From an uncultured delta proteobacterium (GTDB lineage: Bacteria > Desulfobacterota > Binatia > Binatales > Binataceae), in assembly GCA_963794325.1 (NCBI GenBank), contig CAWCDG010000004.1, positions 1,312,001 through 1,376,000 on the forward strand: a stretch of 64,000 bases of DNA. The letters are read 5' to 3'. The stretch's first letter is position 1. Every line of letters begins with the position of its first letter. The notes beneath the pieces were generated by a model. The model was not told where the DNA came from, made no database searches, and was given only the letters and a program-made list of their open reading frames with translations. Made by a program: the position numbers and the translations under genes. Positions 19,226 to 27,115 of the stretch are shown here, in pieces.

Positions 19226-22200
19226 ATGCGTTGTTCGAAGTGCGGAACCGAAAGCGCGAGCGGTAGGAAGTTCTGCGCAGCTTGCGGTAGCCCGATTTCC
19301 AATCGATGCCCGAAGTGTGGCGCTGAAAACGTGCTTTCATCGGCATTCTGCGAGGACTGCGGTGCCGCGCTAGCCCCTAACACGGCGCCGTCTAATTCGA
19401 CGCCGCGAACGTTTGCGGCCGATGTGCGAGTCGCGGCGGAGAGTAGCTCACCCGAGAATCTCGAAGGCGAGCGCAAGACGGTTACGGCGTTGTTCGCCGA
19501 CATCAAGGGATCGACCGAGCTCGAGCAGGACATGGATCCCGAAGAGGCGCGCGCAATCATCGATCCGGCGCTGAAGCTGATGATCGACGCGGTCCACCGC
19601 TACGACGGGTACATCGTGCAGTCCACCGGCGACGGCATCTTCGCGCTGTTCGGCGCGCCGGTCGCGCACGAGGACCATCCGCAACGCGCTGTGTATTCGG
19701 CCCTGCGGATGCAGGACGAGTTGCGCCAGTATGCCGGCCAGCTGCGCGCGGAGGGCAAGGCGCCTATCGCGGTGCGCGTGGGCGTGAACACTGGTGAAGT
19801 CGTCGTCCGATCGATTGCGACCGGCGCCGGGCAAGTCGAGTACACGCCGATCGGGCATGCCGCGAATCTCGCCTCGCGGATGCAAACGCTGGCAATGCCG
19901 GGTTCGGTCGTCGTCAGCGAGAACAGTCGAAAGCTCATCGAAGGATACTTCGCGCTCAAACCGTTGGGTCCGACCAAGGTCAAAGGCGTCAGCGAGCCGG
20001 TCAACGTCTATGAGGTCATTGGGCTGGGGCCGCTGCGCACGCGACTTCAGCGCTCAGCCGGGCGCGGGCTGACGAAATTCGTCGGCCGCGAGCGCGAGAT
20101 GGAGGCGACACGCAACGCCTCAGAGCTTGCGCGCGCGGGCCGCGGACAGATCGTGGCCGCGATGGCGGAGGCGGGAACCGGCAAGTCGCGCCTATTCTAC
20201 GAATTCAAAGTCAAGAACCAGTCGGGATGGATGGTGCTCGAGACCTTTTCGGTTTCGCATGGCAAAGCCAGCGCATATTTTCCTGTGATCGATCTGTTGC
20301 ACGGCTATTTCCGTATCGGTTCGGAAGACGACGCTCGCACGCGGCGCGAGAAGATCGGCGGCAAAGTGCTGATGCTGGATCGTGCGCTTGAAGATACGCT
20401 GCCTTACCTGTTCGGCCTGCTTGGAATCGTCGACGGTGAAGATCCGCTGTCGGGGATGGACGCGCAAGTGCGTAAGCGGCGCACGCTGGACGCGATCAAA
20501 CGGATAGTTCTGCGTGAATCGCTAAATCAGCCGCTGATGGTGATTTTCGAGGACCTGCATTGGATCGACGAAGAAACACAAGCGTTCTTGAATCTGCTCG
20601 CGGATTCGATCCCGAACTCGAAGATCCTGATGCTGGTGAACTACCGCCCGGAATACTCGCATCAGTGGAACAGCAAGACTTACTACACGCAGTTGCGGCT
20701 CGACCCGCTCGGCAAGGAGAGTGCCGACGAAATGCTGTCCGCGCTGGTCGGCGACGGCGCTGATCTCGCACCGCTCAAGCGGGTCATCATCGACAAGACC
20801 GAGGGCAACCCGTTCTTCATGGAGGAGACCGTGCAGGTCCTGCTCGACGAGGGCGCGCTGGTCCGCGAAGGCTCTGCAACCAGACTTACCCGGCCGATTG
20901 CCGAGCTCAAGATTCCGCCGACCGTGCAGGGCATACTCGCCGCGCGTATCGACCGCTTGCCTGCTGATGAGAAGGACTTGCTCCAGACCTTGGCGGTGAT
21001 CGGCAAAGAGTTCGCGCTTTCATTGGTTCGTGCAGTCGTCTCGAAATCCAATGACGAACTCACTCGGATGCTCAGCAGCTTGCAGTTGGGGGAGTTCATT
21101 TATGAGCAGCCAGCAATAGGCGACGTCGAATACAGCTTCAAGCACGCACTGACCCAGGAGGTCGCGTATAACTCGCTGCTGACTGAGCGGCGAAGGGAAT
21201 TGCATCGGCGCACCGCGGTGGCGATCGAGTCGCTTTACGCCGCGCGGCTCGAAGACCGCTATACCGAGTTGGCGCATCATTGGACACAAGCGGGTGAACC
21301 GCTGCGCGCGGCCACCTGGCACGCGCGCATGGCCCGCTGGGTGCGGATAACCGATCTCGCGGCGTCCCGGCGTCATTGGAGCCGCGCGCGCGCACTGCTT
21401 GTCCCGCTCCCTTGGGGCGCCGAGCGAACCGCGCTGCTCCTCGAGGCGTACCCCGAGCTGATCGACACGCTCGATCGCCTTGGTGCCGAGCCGGCCGAAT
21501 CCGACGCCGTCTACCTCGAAGGGATCGCTGTCGCTCGACAGGCGGGTGATCGCGGTACGGAGGCCTTGATCGAAGCCGCCTACGGCAACCTCAGGAGCTC
21601 CCAGAACGATATCGACGGCATGGTCGAGCACGCCTCTGTCGCCACGACGCTAGCCGATGCGAAGGGCGACCTGGCTATCAAGCTCTTCGCTCGCCATGTT
21701 CTGGGGCGCGGTTTTGCATGGCAGACGCGCTATCGGGAAAGCGTCCGCACATTCAATGAGAGCGTTGCGATCGCAGGTAGCGATTCGGCCGCCGAGATCG
21801 AGGTGCTCGGCTGGAGACCCTACATCGAATCGCTGGGAATCCGGGGCGCAGTCTTGAGCATCATGGGCCGGCCTAGGGAAGGTCTTGAGTTCGCCGAAAA
21901 ATTTCCCCTACTGCTCCGCCGATCCGGGACCGGTTCGGACATCTCATCGGCTGCCACCGACCGGTTCTGGCCCTGTTGGATGTTGGGGGATGCACCGCGC
22001 GCCCGGCGTTACTCGGACGAAGCCTTGCAGATGGCCGAGCGTTACGGGTCAGATCGGAACATCGTGTACGCGCTGATGGCGTGCGGTAACGCGAGCACGC
22101 TCGGGCTCCGCTGGGAAGAAGGCAACGGATTTCTCGAGCGCGCCGGGCAGCGCATATCAGCGACAGGCGCAGGGGCGGAGTGGGCCGTATTGGTCTATGC

Positions 22201-22567
22201 TCACCAAGCGCTTTGTCTGGCCGAACTCGGCGAGCGAGAGCGGAGTTTGGATCTGGTGCGCAGAACCAGGGCACTAACGATCCCTCTGGCACGTTCGATT
22301 GGCTTTCTCAGGGCGCGTGTTCTGCGAATCGTCAACGGCGCTCAAGACCTGGACGAGCTCGAAGCCGAGATTGTGGAAACACTGGAAGTATTGCACCTCG
22401 CTGAGGCAAAGGGATGGCTCCCTTTACTCCTGCTCGAGCGCGCGGGTCTCGCCCGCCTGCGCGGCGAGGCGGACGGCATGGCGCGCGACATGGCCGAAGC
22501 GCGGCGTCTGTTCGCGGAGATGGGCGTGACCGGCTGGAACGAGTATGCGAGGTCGATCGAGGCTTGA
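19226..22567 (+). CDS. double zinc ribbon - class III nucleotide cyclase - STAND ATPase - TPR-like protein
   Basis: Four CxxC motifs, LFADIKGST, TGDG, ANLASR, Walker A AEAGTGKS, Walker B FEDLHW, EGNPFF, FKHAL, helical C-terminus. Confidence 0.9.
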   Translation: MRCSKCGTESASGRKFCAACGSPISNRCPKCGAENVLSSAFCEDCGAALAPNTAPSNSTPRTFAADVRVAAESSSPENLEGERKTVTALFADIKGSTELEQDMDPEEARAIIDPALKLMIDAVHRYDGYIVQSTGDGIFALFGAPVAHEDHPQRAVYSALRMQDELRQYAGQLRAEGKAPIAVRVGVNTGEVVVRSIATGAGQVEYTPIGHAANLASRMQTLAMPGSVVVSENSRKLIEGYFALKPLGPTKVKGVSEPVNVYEVIGLGPLRTRLQRSAGRGLTKFVGREREMEATRNASELARAGRGQIVAAMAEAGTGKSRLFYEFKVKNQSGWMVLETFSVSHGKASAYFPVIDLLHGYFRIGSEDDARTRREKIGGKVLMLDRALEDTLPYLFGLLGIVDGEDPLSGMDAQVRKRRTLDAIKRIVLRESLNQPLMVIFEDLHWIDEETQAFLNLLADSIPNSKILMLVNYRPEYSHQWNSKTYYTQLRLDPLGKESADEMLSALVGDGADLAPLKRVIIDKTEGNPFFMEETVQVLLDEGALVREGSATRLTRPIAELKIPPTVQGILAARIDRLPADEKDLLQTLAVIGKEFALSLVRAVVSKSNDELTRMLSSLQLGEFIYEQPAIGDVEYSFKHALTQEVAYNSLLTERRRELHRRTAVAIESLYAARLEDRYTELAHHWTQAGEPLRAATWHARMARWVRITDLAASRRHWSRARALLVPLPWGAERTALLLEAYPELIDTLDRLGAEPAESDAVYLEGIAVARQAGDRGTEALIEAAYGNLRSSQNDIDGMVEHASVATTLADAKGDLAIKLFARHVLGRGFAWQTRYRESVRTFNESVAIAGSDSAAEIEVLGWRPYIESLGIRGAVLSIMGRPREGLEFAEKFPLLLRRSGTGSDISSAATDRFWPCWMLGDAPRARRYSDEALQMAERYGSDRNIVYALMACGNASTLGLRWEEGNGFLERAGQRISATGAGAEWAVLVYAHQALCLAELGERERSLDLVRRTRALTIPLARSIGFLRARVLRIVNGAQDLDELEAEIVETLEVLHLAEAKGWLPLLLLERAGLARLRGEADGMARDMAEARRLFAEMGVTGWNEYARSIEA

Positions 22568-22590
22568 GCTGATCCGCTATCTACCCTTGG

Positions 22591-24699
22591 CTAGTGCACG
22601 AAGTTGCCGCCTATCAGGTATACGGGGCCGTTCAACGTGTTGATTGCGAGGCCGTTGGTGCCCCATCGGATGATGTGCGTGGGGGAGCCGGGGAAATTGG
22701 GAATACTGATGGACGACACGTGGGTGAATTCGTTGAGATTGAAGCTCTCGATCGTGCCGTCATCTTCGGCAAAGAAGGCTTCGTTCAGGGTCGAGTCAGG
22801 CACCATCACACCGGCAGCGCTGCGGTCGAAGATGCCGACAAGACTTCCGTTCGATGGATCGATTACTTGCCCGTCGTCCGCGTAGATGAGTCCAGTAGCT
22901 TTATCGAAATGAATTTTGTTGCCGAAGGAGTCGAACACACTTTGGTAATCATTGTTCAACGAGACTCCCATCGCGTTTACCGCCAGCGTGTAAAAGTCGA
23001 AGCCTGTATCTTCACTATTCGCCGCGTAAAGTATGGTGTCATCGCCGCCCCACTGAAGCGAATCAAAGATAGCGCCGCCGGCTGGGACGAACGTCGGACG
23101 CATGGTGGAGTCGTCGAAGATCTCGACACTGGATGCCGATGGACTGATACCCATGACTCCCAGGCTGACCGCTGTGGTATGAGGTGCGCCCGGGGCGACC
23201 TGCAGATCAAAGGCAAAAAATGGACGATCGCCGTCGCCACCCGGCAATGGATAGCTTATGTCGTTCGACAGGCCGGGTAATTTAAAGCGCTGGACCGATG
23301 CGGCACCGTCCATTCCCGCATAGAGGTATGAGCTATCGTCGGAGATAGCCAGTGCGCCGGGACCCTTGCCGGTAGGGATCGAAGACGTTATCGAGGCGGA
23401 GGGGAAACGAATCACAGAGATGCTGCCGGGGTTGGTCAGAGACGAACCCGGCGCGGACAGGTAGAGCGCATGGTTTACCCGATCGTAGACAATGTCATTC
23501 GTTGCCTGATCGATCTCGACTTCCGCGAATCCATCGCCGCCAGTCTCGCCGACAAAGAATGTCTGCGGCGCCGAGGTCTGCGCATTGGTGGAGACCGTGA
23601 CATTGTTCACACCGGGGGCGAATGTGTAGGCCGCCGGAATGGTCGCATTCAATTGATTGGCTGAAGTGAAAGTCGTGGTCAGAGGCGTGCCGTTCCATTC
23701 GATGGTGCTGGAGGCAGTAAAGTTGCATCCGCATACGCTGAGCGGCGAATCCGGACTGTCGAACACTGCCGAGCTTGGCGCGAGCGATGTGACGGTCGGT
23801 GGACCGGCCATGCATCCGGCACCCGGATTCGGGCATGGGATTGGGGTTGGGGTTGGCGTTGCCGTAGGAGTTGGCGTCGGGGTCGGGGTCGGAGTGGATG
23901 ATGGGTGTGGCTGGTAATTTATGGTTTGTCCGAAAATTTTACCTTTCGCGCTTTCGATGTTCAGCATCGTTCCCGAGGTCGAAATTTCCAGATTCAGCTT
24001 GCCGGCGTTGCCCACTAACGCGACCTTCGATTTGTCAGTGCCGGAGTCATAACTTCCAGTGGCGGTAAAGTAGCTTGTCGCGCCGGTCGAGAGTTCGATG
24101 CTCGCGGTTCCAGTGTAGGCGTTTCCCTCGGGAGTCAGATTCAGGAACAGGAGCCATGCTCCGGTGGAGTCAACCGGCAGTGCCAGCGGCGTTAGCGCCG
24201 AACGCTTGAAGGAACCGGTGTCGCGGGCGGTCTGGCCGGTGGAAAGATCTCTTATCGTGATCGTTCCGGAACCGGAGGGATGTTCGAGTCCCTTGTCGGT
24301 GCCGTTCAATCGGTAGCGCATGTGTGCCGAGAAAGTGACCTTCGCGCCGATTCCCTCCAGGACGCCTTTGCCCGACATCAGCAGTTTCATCGCCACATGG
24401 GGATCGGTCGAGGAGTCCGTCATGCTGCCGCTGATGCTTGTGATATCGCCGCCCAGGCCGTCGAAATAGAAAGTCCCGGTGCCTGTCAGCCGGCCGGACG
24501 AGTTTTCCACTATGAAAAAATTGAGCGAGAAAGGGCCGATATCTCCGGAATAGAGCCCCGAAATGTCCCAGAGAGGGAGGATGTTGCTGAAATCGAAAAG
24601 GTAGCTGCCGTTGGCCATGTCGGCATCGGCGGCGGTTGAAACGAGGAGCAAAATCAGCGCCAGAAGGGCGGGAAGAATTTTTCGTGGAGATCCAAGCAT
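22591..24699 (-). CDS. secreted multidomain surface protein (beta-rich domain, PT linker, IPT/TIG, beta-propeller)
   Basis: Signal peptide, (TP)n linker, PTVTSLAPSS..G.NFT..S.IEWNG..LTTTF TIG pattern, propeller-like repeats. Confidence 0.75.
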   Translation of the reverse strand: MLGSPRKILPALLALILLLVSTAADADMANGSYLFDFSNILPLWDISGLYSGDIGPFSLNFFIVENSSGRLTGTGTFYFDGLGGDITSISGSMTDSSTDPHVAMKLLMSGKGVLEGIGAKVTFSAHMRYRLNGTDKGLEHPSGSGTITIRDLSTGQTARDTGSFKRSALTPLALPVDSTGAWLLFLNLTPEGNAYTGTASIELSTGATSYFTATGSYDSGTDKSKVALVGNAGKLNLEISTSGTMLNIESAKGKIFGQTINYQPHPSSTPTPTPTPTPTATPTPTPIPCPNPGAGCMAGPPTVTSLAPSSAVFDSPDSPLSVCGCNFTASSTIEWNGTPLTTTFTSANQLNATIPAAYTFAPGVNNVTVSTNAQTSAPQTFFVGETGGDGFAEVEIDQATNDIVYDRVNHALYLSAPGSSLTNPGSISVIRFPSASITSSIPTGKGPGALAISDDSSYLYAGMDGAASVQRFKLPGLSNDISYPLPGGDGDRPFFAFDLQVAPGAPHTTAVSLGVMGISPSASSVEIFDDSTMRPTFVPAGGAIFDSLQWGGDDTILYAANSEDTGFDFYTLAVNAMGVSLNNDYQSVFDSFGNKIHFDKATGLIYADDGQVIDPSNGSLVGIFDRSAAGVMVPDSTLNEAFFAEDDGTIESFNLNEFTHVSSISIPNFPGSPTHIIRWGTNGLAINTLNGPVYLIGGNFVH
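23836..23900 (-). repeat. Thr-Pro linker repeat
   Basis: (GGGGTN)n-like hexamers on the + strand encode STPTPTPTPTPTATPTPTP. Confidence 0.85.
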
Positions 24700-24817
24700 C
24701 GCGAGCGTCCGCCCAAAGCCGATGAAATGGTTTGATCCTTCGGCTTGACGGTGTGTTTACACGGAATCGGGCTGTAGTGAAAGCTTTGGGGAGCCCTAAC
24801 CCATGGTCCCTTCCCCT

Positions 24818-24954
24818 TGTACGTGCGTGGGACATGGGTAACGGATCGTGCGAGGACATGGGTAACACCTGGCCGGCGGAGTAAGCCATCTCTCAGGAGG
24901 TGGCTGCGATGCCGTGAGGGAGAGGTTACTCGGGTGAGCTTGCGCGAAGAGTTT
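24818..24954 (+). mobile_element. IS481-family left-end remnant with broken transposase start
   Basis: TGT terminus, GGACATGGGTAAC twice (24830-42 and 24854-66), AGGAGG RBS, ATG 24909. Removing one base gives MPWGEVTRVSLREEF, then similarity ends. Confidence 0.65.
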
Positions 24955-25132
24955 AAGGGTCAGGATTTTCTGGAACCGCTCTCCTATGCTCGCCTGCCAG
25001 CCCCATTGATTGCCAGGGAACAGGCGGCGCTCAACAAATTGAGCGCGGATTCCGCTGCCGGCGTATCGCGGGAGCGGTAGAGCTACCGCGTGCCGAGGAG
25101 CGCTAACTCCCGCCTCCATCGCCGGACCTGGG

Positions 25133-26053
25133 TCATCGCGCCGGCCGATGGTGCCCCCAGAGACTGATCGCCTGGTATTCGTGGAAGGGCTCGGTGGCAA
25201 CGTCGACCTGTCGGGTGCCGTAGCCGACTTCGAACAGGAACCCCGACGGCGTGACGGCATAAAATGAAAAGGTCCGCTCGTCGATATGCTGGCCGAGCGA
25301 CAGCTCAATCGGGACCTTTTCGGCCAGCGCGCGTTCCCAGGCGTAGCCGACGTCCTCCATGAAATTGGTCTCGACCATGAAGTGATGCATGCGCTTGCCG
25401 CCGGGCGTCTGTATTAGCGCCAGCGAATGGTGGCGCGGGTTGCAATAGAAAAACAAACCCTGGAGACCGACCGCCCGCCAATCGAGATGCGCATGGTTCA
25501 CCAGCCCCAGCATATCGCGGTAGAAGGCGCGGCTGCGATCGAGGTCGCGCACGGTCAACAGCAGGTGGCCCATGCCGGTGTAGCCGGTAAGAAAGCCGCG
25601 CGGCACCAGGGTCGATTGAAACGGGCGCGGACTACATCGCGGGCCGCTGAAAAGCTCGAGCGGATTCCCGTCGGGATCCTCGAAGCAGACCAGCCGCTCG
25701 ACGCGCCGGGCCCGTTGCTGGTCGCCCGAGCCCTCGCGCAGCCGCACCCCGCCCTGCTCGAGGCGCTCCACGATCGCGTCGAAGGTCGCGTCGTCGCCGG
25801 CTTCCCACCCCGCGGCCGTGATGTCGTCGGACGCGCCGTGCGAAAGCGACACGCGATGCTGGTAGTGATCGTGAGTGAAGACCAGCGCGTCGTCGTCGGC
25901 CGGCACCATCCCGATTACGCCTTGTAGCAGCCGTTGCCAGCGCGGCACATCGGCAACCTCGAAGCACAGGTAGCCAAGCTTGAGATTGCCCAGCGGCACA
26001 TGGTGTTGCGCAAAGCGGTCGCCAGCGATCGAAGATTTTTCTTCACCGTCCAT
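25133..26053 (-). CDS. type I extradiol ring-cleavage dioxygenase (BphC/HsaC-like VOC)
   Basis: LGYL, DPDGNPLE, GMGH, CNPRHHSLA, HHFMVE, LGQH, FSFY..TPSGF..EVG. Confidence 0.9.
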   Translation of the reverse strand: MDGEEKSSIAGDRFAQHHVPLGNLKLGYLCFEVADVPRWQRLLQGVIGMVPADDDALVFTHDHYQHRVSLSHGASDDITAAGWEAGDDATFDAIVERLEQGGVRLREGSGDQQRARRVERLVCFEDPDGNPLELFSGPRCSPRPFQSTLVPRGFLTGYTGMGHLLLTVRDLDRSRAFYRDMLGLVNHAHLDWRAVGLQGLFFYCNPRHHSLALIQTPGGKRMHHFMVETNFMEDVGYAWERALAEKVPIELSLGQHIDERTFSFYAVTPSGFLFEVGYGTRQVDVATEPFHEYQAISLWGHHRPAR

Positions 26054-26138
26054 GATGCGATTCCTCGCCGACCAGTACGCATCTCCCTTTCGCAGTTGAG
26101 CTTGAGATGGAACCCGTCGCTGACCGGCCTCCCTACCA

Positions 26139-26372
26139 CTAGCGCGTCATGAACTGCGCGTCGACCTCGACCTGGTAGCCGTTGGCGAGCCGATTGGTCT
26201 CGTTCGCCATCCCGACCACCGCCATCAACTCGCCCAGCATCGCCTCGCTCATCCCGGCCTTGCGCGCCGCCGCGGTATGGGATCGGATACAGTACTCGCA
26301 GCCGTTGGTGGTGCTGACCGCGAGATAGAGCATCTCCTTGACCAGCGGCTCCAGCGCTCCGCCCGGCGCCAT
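26139..26372 (-). pseudogene. 5'-truncated carboxymuconolactone decarboxylase/AhpD-like gene
   Basis: KEMLYLAVS..NGCEYCIRSH is intact, but similarity starts abruptly at MAPGG. The usual N-terminal third is replaced by non-coding-like DNA. Confidence 0.65.
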
Positions 26373-26411
26373 CTTATTCGCGGGCTGGCTTGATGTTCGG
26401 ACTAAACAATA

Positions 26412-26495
26412 CAGACTCGGTGGCGGATGACGCAGTCTGACGCGAACCGCTCTCTGCGACAAATTCCCTGATGATCAGCGAAAATGCAGGGAATT
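26412..26495. repeat. structured att-like element (two inverted repeats)
   Basis: CAGACT..AGTCTG (26412-17/26434-39) and AATTCCCTG..CAGGGAATT (26462-70/26487-95). TGGCGGA..CGAACC is reminiscent of a reversed tRNA 3' end. Confidence 0.45.
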
Positions 26496-26513
26496 CCCGC
26501 GATTTTGATCATT

Positions 26514-26712
26514 GAGTGTCCAAATGACCGACATTACCGGTGGATAAAGGAGCTCTGGTAAAAAGAACGAAAGCACAATCAGGATTCAAGACCAAAGGAG
26601 AGCGACCGCCTACGAAGCTCTATGTTATGCTCATTGATGCTCCTTAGTGTTTGAATGACCTCAACCTCACTGGTGGATAAAAAAATCTGTGCGGATCAAA
26701 AACTGTGCGGAT
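26514..26712. repeat. direct repeats containing DnaA-box-like 9-mers
   Basis: AGTGT..AATGACC..GGTGGATAAA occurs twice (9-mers at 26539-47 and 26672-80). CTGTGCGGAT occurs twice (26687-96 and 26703-12). Confidence 0.55.
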
Positions 26713-26753
26713 TTTAATAAGCTGGAGCGGGAGGAATTTCGATTCACGCAGGT

Positions 26754-26942
26754 ATGAAAAAATGTGACCCGCCTCCGTTAATGACATTGGAGGAGCTAGT
26801 CGACTACGCTCGCATAACCAAACGAACGATCTACAGGCTGCTTCGCAAAGGAATAATATCAGCCCACCGAATAGGTTCTGAAGTTCGATTCTGCAAGAGT
26901 GAAGTTGATAGGTTGGTAGCTAAGCGAAGAAAGGAGAAATAG
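26754..26942 (+). CDS. excisionase-like helix-turn-helix protein (HTH_17)
   Basis: LMTLEELVDYARITKRTIYRLLRKGIISAHRIGSEVRF, 62 aa, basic. Confidence 0.8.
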   Translation: MKKCDPPPLMTLEELVDYARITKRTIYRLLRKGIISAHRIGSEVRFCKSEVDRLVAKRRKEK

Positions 26943-27115
26943 TCGGGGAGCGAACTCAGCTCATTGGTAGATGCAACCGCCGCAGACTAACACAGAACTT
27001 GGTACAAAAGAGCGCGAAGTCACCTTTACCCTTTCCATATCAGTGCATCTAGCGTATGAGAACGGGCTGGAAAAAACAGCTCCCTAGTTCATGCTGATGC
27101 CTCCAGGGGACGTGA

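Noticed and set aside
24830-24866. CRISPR mini-array
   Set aside because: Two 13-bp repeats with an 11-bp gap and no cas genes. This fits an IS end better.
24817-25080. 87-aa ORF as a real gene
   Set aside because: It reads through the IS terminal repeats. Only the EVTRVSLREEF segment has meaning, as a transposase relic.
26420-26750. tRNA genes
   Set aside because: Only short 3'-end-like fragments. No cloverleaf could be folded.
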